DNA of 40,157 nt from the NCBI GenBank assembly GCA_031262995.1, contig JAISGR010000032.1, positions 1 to 40,157 of the forward strand. The letters are read 5' to 3'. Below the pieces are notes generated by a model. The model did not search any database. It was not told the DNA's origin and saw only the letters and a program-made list of their open reading frames with translations. The stretch's first letter is position 1, and every line of letters starts with the position of its first letter. The stretch comes from Prevotellaceae bacterium. GTDB lineage: Bacteria; Bacteroidota; Bacteroidia; Bacteroidales; Bacteroidaceae. Positions 28,125-35,131 of this stretch are shown here, piece by piece. Made by a program: the position numbers and the translations under genes.

Positions 28125-29015
28125 TTATAGCTTTTTCCACTCGTTGCTCAGCGACGGGTTGACGGCAGTGAGGAGTGTTGCCACTTCCTTGCGCTCGTCG
28201 GCGGCAGCAGGGGTGTAGAGATGGATGAGTTCGTCCTTCTTGATCTCTGTGAAGAGACCGGGCAGTATGGAGAGGGGTTTGGCTTGGTGTGCCTTTTGCA
28301 AATCCGAAAGGGCGGCGGTGATGGCGGCTCTTGCGCGCGGGGCGTTGGTAGAGAGTTCGTCCATGCCCAGCCGGTAGTAATTGTACATCCATGCACGCAG
28401 GGGCGAGAGCGGTTCTTCCAGGTAGTCGGTGATCAGGGCGTGCCGGTTGCGGCGGCTGTCGAAGGCTGTCCATCCGACTTCGCCGATGGTCTGTGCGGCG
28501 GTCACTATCTGCTCGGCGGCGCGCAGCGCGTTGCTGCCTCCCTGCGGTGCCATGCTGTCCATGTCTAACCCGATGATGAGGTAGGCGTAGTAGGCAACAA
28601 TGGCGGTGAGGTTGTTGCTGAGCACATTGTCTTGCAGCTCCAGCGGGTCGAACTCCCGGTAGCTGAAGCTGACATCGTTGTCTTTGAAGGCGAAGAGTGT
28701 GGTCTGATAGGCTGATTGCCATACGGGGCGCGATGATTGCACGGTCAGTTCGCATGTCCAGCGTGCCTCCTCCTCGTTGTAGCTTTTCACATTGAAAGTC
28801 ATGGCGCAGCGGATGCGTTCGGCAGGCTCGTATTGCGCGGCTGTCCACCGGCGGTTGTTGACAAACTCCCGCAGCGCATTCTCCAGTGTGGTAAACACCT
28901 GGGTGTTGGTACCCTGTATCTGCGCATGGCTCAGTTTGACGGTGCAGTTCAGCTCTTGTGCCTTGCCGTTGGTCATTGCCATGCAGCTTATCATCAGGAG
29001 TAGCAGTATTCTCAT
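28125..29015 (-). CDS. DUF4835-family exported protein
   Basis: Start at ATG 29015 (MRILLLL), signal peptide ending GKA-QELNC, then QSSRPV and YYAYLIIGLD. Position between coaBC and recN is typical. Confidence 0.85.
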   Translation of the reverse strand: MRILLLLMISCMAMTNGKAQELNCTVKLSHAQIQGTNTQVFTTLENALREFVNNRRWTAAQYEPAERIRCAMTFNVKSYNEEEARWTCELTVQSSRPVWQSAYQTTLFAFKDNDVSFSYREFDPLELQDNVLSNNLTAIVAYYAYLIIGLDMDSMAPQGGSNALRAAEQIVTAAQTIGEVGWTAFDSRRNRHALITDYLEEPLSPLRAWMYNYYRLGMDELSTNAPRARAAITAALSDLQKAHQAKPLSILPGLFTEIKKDELIHLYTPAAADERKEVATLLTAVNPSLSNEWKKL

Positions 29016-29030
29016 TGGCTCTTTTCGTTG

Positions 29031-29090
29031 GGAGGGTTGTTCGTTCGGATGAGGGATTGTTCGTTCGCTTGGAGGGTTGTTCGTTCGGAG
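29031..29090. repeat. Three tandem 20-bp units with core GGG(A)TTGTTCGTTCG
   Basis: Units at 29031, 29051 and 29071 fill most of the coaBC-DUF4835 gap. Confidence 0.85.
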
Positions 29091-29101
29091 CGGATGCCGC
29101 A

Positions 29102-30334
29102 TCATTTCTTCTTCATGACCTCCGCCAGCCGGTTCACGATGTCTGCTGCCACCTCCGATTTGGGCTTGAGCACAAAGTCGGTTCGTCCGTCGCGGTCGAT
29201 GATGCTCACTTTGTTGGTGTCGCACCTGAATCCTGCTCCTTCGTCGTTGAGCGAGTTCATCACGATGAAGTCGAGATTCTTCCAGTGCAGCTTATGCTCG
29301 GCGTTTTGCTGTTCGTTGTCTGTCTCGAGGGCGAATCCTACGAGTGTCTGCGCCTTGGTTTTGATGCTTCCCAGAAAGGCGGCGATGTCTTTGGTGGGTC
29401 TGAGGCGCAGCATCATCTCCTCTTCCTTGTCGTCGATGGCTTTCTTCCGTTTGAGTTTGAACTCATTGACCTGTTCGGGGGTGAAGTCGGCAACGGCAGC
29501 CGAGAGGATGGCGGCATCGGCGCTTCCGAAGAGGTTGTAGGCGGCATTGAACATCTGTTCGGCGCTCTCTACACAGATGTATTTCCATGCCGGATAGTTC
29601 ATGCGGCACCCCGACGGCCCGGCAATCATGATGACCTTGGCGCCCCGCGAGGCACATTCGTCTGCCAGGGCAAACCCCATCTTGCCCGACGAGTAATTGC
29701 CCACGAAGCGTACGGGGTCAATCTGCTCGTAGGTGGGACCGGCGGTGACAAGGATTGTTTTCCCTTGCAGGTCGCCTTCGCGTTGGGCGAAGTAGTTGGC
29801 AAGTTGTTGCGCGATGACCTCCGGCTCTTCCATTCTGCCTTTGCCGTTGAGGTGGCTGGCAAGCTCTCCCGTTGCCGGTTCGATGATGTGGTTCCCGCAG
29901 GTGCGGAGGGTCTCCAGGTTCTTCTGCGTGGCAGGGTGGGCATACATGTCCCTGTCCATGGCAGGCGCCACGAACACCGGCGCTTTCATCGAGAGGTAGG
30001 TGGTGATGAGCATGTTGTCGGCTATTCCGGCAGCCATCTTGCCGATGGTAGCGGCTGTGGCGGGTGCGATAATCATGCAGTCTGCCCACAGTCCGAGGTC
30101 GACATGGCTGTGCCACGTTCCGTCGCGGCGGTCGAAGAAGTCGCACACCACCGCTTTGCCCGTGAGGGTAGAGAGGGTGAGCGGTGTGATGAACTCTCTG
30201 CCTGCCGGTGTGATGACCACCTGCACGTCTGCTCCCTGTTTGATCAGGGTACGGATGAGTTGGCAGGATTTGTAGGCGGCAATACTGCCTGTAATGCCGA
30301 GTACTATTCTCTTTCCTTGTAGCGTATTGGGCAT
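29102..30334 (-). CDS. coaBC: Phosphopantothenoylcysteine decarboxylase / phosphopantothenate--cysteine ligase
   Basis: GITGSIAAYK, IAPATA, APAMD, GKGRMEEP, TAGPTYEQIDPVRFVGNYSSGKMG and GFALET. Confidence 0.97.
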   Translation of the reverse strand: MPNTLQGKRIVLGITGSIAAYKSCQLIRTLIKQGADVQVVITPAGREFITPLTLSTLTGKAVVCDFFDRRDGTWHSHVDLGLWADCMIIAPATAATIGKMAAGIADNMLITTYLSMKAPVFVAPAMDRDMYAHPATQKNLETLRTCGNHIIEPATGELASHLNGKGRMEEPEVIAQQLANYFAQREGDLQGKTILVTAGPTYEQIDPVRFVGNYSSGKMGFALADECASRGAKVIMIAGPSGCRMNYPAWKYICVESAEQMFNAAYNLFGSADAAILSAAVADFTPEQVNEFKLKRKKAIDDKEEEMMLRLRPTKDIAAFLGSIKTKAQTLVGFALETDNEQQNAEHKLHWKNLDFIVMNSLNDEGAGFRCDTNKVSIIDRDGRTDFVLKPKSEVAADIVNRLAEVMKKK

Positions 30335-30349
30335 ATTTTCTAAAAGCTA

Positions 30350-31120
30350 TTATTTATGGGTTATCTCTCGGAGTCGTATCTTGGTCAGCGCGGCTTTGGT
30401 GTTCAGGGTGAAGTCGCTGTTCTGTATCCAGGCGTAGTATCCCGGATCTCGTTGCAGCACTTCGGTGACGGGCATTCCCTTGTATTTCCCGAAGTTGAAC
30501 ACCTCCACCCCTTGCTCGTTGTAGACCATCCGTCCGGCAAAGTCGACAATCTTCCGTTGCGAGGAGTAGTCTGCCAGGAAGGCGACGTCGTTTTGCAGGT
30601 CGGGGTATCTGTCCAGCTGTGCCTGCAACACCTCGTAGGTGCCCCGCGTGTCGGCTTCGGCTCCGTGGGCGCCGTCCAGCTCCTTGCCGCAATAGAACTT
30701 CACGGCGGCGGAGAGTGTCCGTTCCTCTTTCTTGTGGAAGATGACCTGCACGTCGATAAATTTGCGGCGGGAGATGTCGAGGTCTACGCCTGCCCGCAGG
30801 AACTCTTCGACGAGCAGCGGCACATCGAAGCGGTTGGAGTTGAATCCGGCGATGTCGCACCCCTCGAAGTCGCGGGCAATGTTGCGTGCTACCTCTTTAA
30901 AGGTGGGGCAGTCGGCTACATCGGCGTCGTAGATGTGGTGGATGTCCGATGCCTCTTTGGGGATGTGCATTTCCGGATTGATACGGAGGTTCTTCGATTC
31001 TTCGTTGCCGTTGGGATGTACCTTGAGGTAGCATATCTCTACGATGCGGTCGGTGTTGATATTGGTACCGGTGGTCTCCAGGTCGAAGAAGACAAGGGGG
31101 TTTCTCAGTTTCAGTTTCAT
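30350..31120 (-). CDS. DnaQ-like DEDDh 3'-5' exonuclease (DNA Pol III epsilon-like)
   Basis: FFDLETTG, GFNSNRFD and AHGAEAD, plus C-terminal FNFGKYKG; directly downstream of dnaN. Confidence 0.93.
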   Translation of the reverse strand: MKLKLRNPLVFFDLETTGTNINTDRIVEICYLKVHPNGNEESKNLRINPEMHIPKEASDIHHIYDADVADCPTFKEVARNIARDFEGCDIAGFNSNRFDVPLLVEEFLRAGVDLDISRRKFIDVQVIFHKKEERTLSAAVKFYCGKELDGAHGAEADTRGTYEVLQAQLDRYPDLQNDVAFLADYSSQRKIVDFAGRMVYNEQGVEVFNFGKYKGMPVTEVLQRDPGYYAWIQNSDFTLNTKAALTKIRLREITHK

Positions 31121-31123
31121 GCG

Positions 31124-32248
31124 TCAGTCGTTAAGCATCATGGGCATGAGTAGCATCAGCAGGTCTTCGTTCTCCTCCTGTTCGACGGGCAGTACAACGC
31201 CGGCGCGCGAGGGGTCGGCAAGTTCTACCGTGATGTCGTCGGCGCCGATGTTGTTCAGGATGTCGATGAGGAAGGTCGATTTGAATCCGATGCTCATCGG
31301 CTCGCCGTCGTACTGGCAGGTGAGGCTCTCTTCGGCGGAGGTGGAGAAGTCGATGTCTTGTGCCGACACGGTGAGCTGGTCGGGTTCCATGTGCAGTTTG
31401 ATGAGGCTGCTGGATTGCGACGAGAAGATGGATACGCGTCGCAACGCGCCCAGCAGACTGGCTCGGTTGACGGTGAGGCGGTGGGGATTGTTGCGCGGTA
31501 TCACCGAGTTGTAGTTGGGGTAGCGTCCTTCGATCAGCCGGCACACCATGCGGTATTGGGTGAGGGTGAAGACGGCATTCCGTTCGTCGAACGCGACGAG
31601 GATGTTTCCCTGTTCGCGGGGCAGCAGGTTCTTGATGAGTGATGCCGGTTTCTTGGGCAGGATGAATGCGGCGCGGTCGTTGCCTTTGGCGGCAAGGGTT
31701 TTGCTGCGCACCAGCTTGTGCCCGTCCGAAGCCACGAGGGTGATGTCGTCGGTGGTGATGTCGAAGTAGATACCGTTCATGACGGGACGGAGTTCGTCGT
31801 CGGCAGTGGCGAACATGGCGCGGGTGATGCCGTTCAGCAGCACGGAGGCATCCAGCTCGACGCGCACGGCGTTGGAGCTGAGTTCGGGCGATTGCGGATA
31901 TTCGTCGGCGTTTTGTCCCATGAGGTTGTATTTGCCGTTCATATACTGTATCAGTATCTCCATGTTGTTCATGTTGACATCGAACGAGATGGGCTGCTCG
32001 GGAATCTCTTTGAGTGCATCGAGGATGGTCTTGGCAGTGAGGGCAAACCGTCCTTCCACGTCGTTTTCGGTTACTTCAAGTGTGGTAACCATGGTGGTCT
32101 CACTATCCGAGGCGGTGGCGGTGAGGGTTCCGTCTTTCAATTCGAACAGGTAACAATCCAGAATGGGCAGTGCATTCTTGGAGTTGATAACACGACTGAT
32201 AGACTGCAAGTGGCTAAAGAGTGTGGTACTCGAGACAATAAATTTCAT
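31124..32248 (-). CDS. dnaN: DNA polymerase III beta sliding clamp
   Basis: NALPILD, DELRPVMNG, VASDGHKL, RLIEGRYPNY and terminal LLMPM. Confidence 0.98.
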   Translation of the reverse strand: MKFIVSSTTLFSHLQSISRVINSKNALPILDCYLFELKDGTLTATASDSETTMVTTLEVTENDVEGRFALTAKTILDALKEIPEQPISFDVNMNNMEILIQYMNGKYNLMGQNADEYPQSPELSSNAVRVELDASVLLNGITRAMFATADDELRPVMNGIYFDITTDDITLVASDGHKLVRSKTLAAKGNDRAAFILPKKPASLIKNLLPREQGNILVAFDERNAVFTLTQYRMVCRLIEGRYPNYNSVIPRNNPHRLTVNRASLLGALRRVSIFSSQSSSLIKLHMEPDQLTVSAQDIDFSTSAEESLTCQYDGEPMSIGFKSTFLIDILNNIGADDITVELADPSRAGVVLPVEQEENEDLLMLLMPMMLND

Positions 32249-32389
32249 ATATCTGTATGTTTTTAAGTTTCTTTCAAACGTTGAAGCATTCGGTTGTTAA
32301 AACGCTTTCGTTGCCCGAAACAGCCAATGGTCTGTCTGTGAATGGGATTTGGGCGCCCGGTAGTATAAACATTGGCTTACAACGACGGA

Positions 32390-32397
32390 CAAAATTA
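32390..32397 (-). promoter_or_regulatory. Bacteroidota -7 element (TAATTTTG), candidate dnaN operon promoter
   Basis: TAnnTTTG on the minus strand about 140 bp upstream of dnaN. Confidence 0.55.
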
Positions 32398-32625
32398 GTA
32401 AAAAAGATATTTCTCCAACAAATAAACGCCGGAAAAAAGAGATTCGACGCTCTTTTGCCTGTCCGTCGCGCCGCCGCATCCGGCAGTATCTCCTGACTTC
32501 GTCAATGCGCCACCCAGAACTTTTCATCGAACAATTGCTCAATCCTCTGGTGCCGCTTCATGACCATAGTCTTGGTCACGTACTTCTTACTCTTGCATTT
32601 CCATCAATACAAAAGTTTCAGCGCA

Positions 32626-32800
32626 GGAATCACCTGATTCTTGCTTCAAAATAAAAGTATTGTGAAAGGAATCACCTGATTCTTGCTTCAAAATAAAAGT
32701 ATTGTTAAGGGAATCATCGATTCTTGTCTCAAAACAAAAGTTTTATTAAAGGAATCATTGATTCTTGTGTTGAAACAAAAAAAAATGGAGCAAGAATCAG
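32626..32800. repeat. Four tandem 41-42-bp AT-rich units, each starting with palindromic GAATCA-(N1-2)-(T)GATTC, plus one inverted partial copy
   Basis: Units start at 32626, 32668, 32710 and 32751. AGCAAGAATCAG (32789-32800) is the reverse complement of CTGATTCTTGCT in units 1 and 2. Confidence 0.9.
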
Positions 32801-33108
32801 CTGACAATAGCCAAAATCAAAAGTAAACGAACCTTCTGACTTCGGTCAATGCCCCCTTCCTAATTCTTTTCCTATCCTTGATGTCGGACAAAGGCTTTAT
32901 CGGCTGATATTTGTTAGTAATGAACAGCTTCTATGTGTGTAACTTCTAACTCGCAGGCAGCTTGACGCTAATCGTTGTGATGTTTTTTGCCGCATTGAGC
33001 GCTATGCGATGGCGAAGCAAAGTAATGAGGTCGGGAAATATAAACCCGACCGAAGTCTTAAAGCAGACTAATTCTTCAGATAGTGTATGAAAAACATAGC
33101 GGCATTAT

Positions 33109-33152
33109 AAAGAACAAGGCATCCCGCCTGCCTGAATCGACAGACGGGATGC
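33109..33152 (-). terminator. Probable terminator of the Rhs locus
   Basis: On the minus strand, GCATCCCGTCTG ... CAGGCGGGATGC forms a 12-bp stem with one G-U pair, followed by CTTGTTCTTT, about 70 bp after the last immunity gene. Confidence 0.65.
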
Positions 33153-33219
33153 ACTTCTATCTGTTTTGGGGCGACCCAAATACAAACTTGCTACTATCTA
33201 TTACGAGAACGCAAAAGAT

Positions 33220-33573
33220 TTATGTCGCAACATCATGGAACTCACTGGCAATCTCTATTAATGGTTGGAAATTGACTTTCCAGATATCTAATTCAAACAA
33301 ATCTCCAATATCATCAAGATTTAATGATGCAATAACGTCAATACCGTCTATATCTTTAAAATTGCATTCACTAATTTGCTGCCCAAATGACCGTTCTTCT
33401 TTATTTTTAGTATGAAAGTTAGGGATTAAATAGAGACTTCCCATGCTTCCATCATCCAAAGGAAGCACTCTTAATGTTTCGTCCCAATCATAGGGAAGAG
33501 ATAAACTCGCCTTATTGATTAAGTACGATAGAAGTACTCGTTCCTTTTCTGTTATTTTCCTACTATTTTCCAT
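33220..33573 (-). CDS. Putative immunity protein for orphan toxin CT2 (resembles DUF6984 family)
   Basis: Small acidic soluble protein with DDGSMGSL, FKDIDGIDVIASLNLD and LFELDIWKVNF. ATG 33573 overlaps the toxin stop by 11 nt. Family assignment is from recognition only. Confidence 0.75.
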   Translation of the reverse strand: MENSRKITEKERVLLSYLINKASLSLPYDWDETLRVLPLDDGSMGSLYLIPNFHTKNKEERSFGQQISECNFKDIDGIDVIASLNLDDIGDLFELDIWKVNFQPLIEIASEFHDVAT

Positions 33574-34687
33574 GAATTCTACCAACATTTAATGTCCCAT
33601 CCTGCAACTTATATACTGTATATTGCAAAGTTTTACCATCAACAGATATAGTCCGATTAACAGTTTGACCAACTTTTATACTTGAAGAAATTACATTTAA
33701 ATCAGATTTTACAGCGTTACTAACGGCAACCCTATCTAATCCCATTTGATCTATATGACGAAATGTATGATACACTTGATTAGGTTTATTTCCAAATTGG
33801 ATAGCGGACTTTGTAGCTACACTCCCTGCTGTTTTCCCTATTATTTTTATCGCCCATGATAGAGCTTTTCCTAACAATGCACCACCAAATTCTGCTGCTG
33901 CTATTTCGGTCAATGCCATTCCTATCGGTTGTCCTATTTCAGCCATATCTTGGTTAACTAAACTATTGAACAACTCCGATTTATACTCTTCTGACAATCG
34001 ACTATTATCACCTAAAAAGCCCTCAATCAGAGTAGGATAGCTTCCAATGGTGTTTACAATTTCAAAAGAACTCATCTCTCGGTCAGAACGAAATCCACCC
34101 CCATTTTGATATGCGTTGAACCATTTATCTCCTACTTTGAAGGATACTGTAGCGCCAAGCCAAGTATAACCGTCTTTCTCTTCATGCCCTTCTATCCAGA
34201 GGTAGTTACCAGTATCATTATGGCGATACCAATCTCTCCCATCCGGGTCTATTGCATTTATCGGATTCCCTGCACAATACACATACGGACTCATACTCGG
34301 ATACTTCTCCGCCAGCGGATCCATCGTAGTAAACCCCGGTACTGTTGCATAATACTGTCGTGCCTCGAAGTCACTCCAAAACAGATTCTTGTCTCCGTCA
34401 AACTCCTTAGCGCCGTACTTGTAGGGTTGTCCCGTAGTGGTAACACTCGTTCCGAACAACATGCCGTACGGGTAGTAATGATTGGTTTGTTGAACCGTAC
34501 CGCTCGCATTCGCCACCACGCGGTTGTTACCCAAGTGGTCTGTCAAGTAGTAATAGTAGGTACCGTTTTCAATGTACCCGCCGTCTACCAATATGCGTTT
34601 TAAGGTGTTGTTTTCGTAAACCATAACACCCCGCAAATCAGCCGTATAATACTTGGATAACATAATAACAAAGCATTTATGGTCCAT
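33563..34687 (-). CDS. Orphan Rhs module: partial Rhs core plus alternative C-terminal toxin (CT2)
   Basis: Contains YYLTDHLGNNRVV, YYPYG and NPINAIDPDG, then 224 aa unrelated to the main CT. Homology to the main gene begins at ATG 34624; the frame is open to ATG 34687. Confidence 0.88.
   Translation of the reverse strand: MDHKCFVIMLSKYYTADLRGVMVYENNTLKRILVDGGYIENGTYYYYLTDHLGNNRVVANASGTVQQTNHYYPYGMLFGTSVTTTGQPYKYGAKEFDGDKNLFWSDFEARQYYATVPGFTTMDPLAEKYPSMSPYVYCAGNPINAIDPDGRDWYRHNDTGNYLWIEGHEEKDGYTWLGATVSFKVGDKWFNAYQNGGGFRSDREMSSFEIVNTIGSYPTLIEGFLGDNSRLSEEYKSELFNSLVNQDMAEIGQPIGMALTEIAAAEFGGALLGKALSWAIKIIGKTAGSVATKSAIQFGNKPNQVYHTFRHIDQMGLDRVAVSNAVKSDLNVISSSIKVGQTVNRTISVDGKTLQYTVYKLQDGTLNVGRIHGK
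34245..34624. repeat. Rhs-core direct repeat, copy 2 (orphan)
   Basis: Matches 35871-36250 at offset 1626 bp. I count about 22 mismatches over 34259-34624 (366 bp), with a 115-bp identical run at 34394-34508. Confidence 0.95.
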
Positions 34688-35126
34688 TCCTTACGGGACT
34701 TGTTTTAGCCATTAAACAAATAGACAAAATTAAACTTAATATAACAAACAATACTATTCCCAAAGCTATAAGCCCCATTTGAGTATTTTCCTTTTGAGGT
34801 AACCTATCGAATTCTTTAATGATATTTTTCCAACGATTTCTATTCATTAACACTTTTTGTCCTGCAATAAAAATGAAAAGTAGCCATATAACTAAACATA
34901 CTCCTATTATATAACTTATTAACTCTGGATTATACATAAGTCCAAATAGACTAAGAAGTGCTGCAAAATAGTAGATTATAGAAAGTACAGGAAGTATCAT
35001 TAATCCATTTAGAAGACCAAATGCTCTCCATTCCATCCAAAATCCATCCATATGAGAATCTTCCATGAATTTGTATATTCGATAATACACATACTGATAC
35101 GCTTTAATGATATTTTTGATTTTCAT
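34677..35126 (-). CDS. Putative membrane immunity protein for CT1
   Basis: Starts 5 nt after the Rhs stop (MKIKNII). About 149 aa with three hydrophobic stretches; very AT-rich. Confidence 0.75.
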   Translation of the reverse strand: MKIKNIIKAYQYVYYRIYKFMEDSHMDGFWMEWRAFGLLNGLMILPVLSIIYYFAALLSLFGLMYNPELISYIIGVCLVIWLLFIFIAGQKVLMNRNRWKNIIKEFDRLPQKENTQMGLIALGIVLFVILSLILSICLMAKTSPVRNGP

Positions 35127-35131
35127 AGACT

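Noticed and set aside
32297-32620. Small ORFs or pseudogene remnant upstream of dnaN
   Set aside because: Short frames interrupted by stops, with no recognisable similarity; one overlaps the candidate dnaN promoter. A translated search would be needed to call a pseudogene.
32626-32800. Possible CRISPR array or replication origin next to dnaN
   Set aside because: The inter-core sequences are copies of each other, not unique spacers. I found no TTATCCACA DnaA boxes in 32250-33200, and dnaA is not adjacent.
33083-33415. 110-aa plus-strand ORF
   Set aside because: Antisense to immunity gene 2 and spans the Rhs terminator hairpin; GTG start and no motifs.
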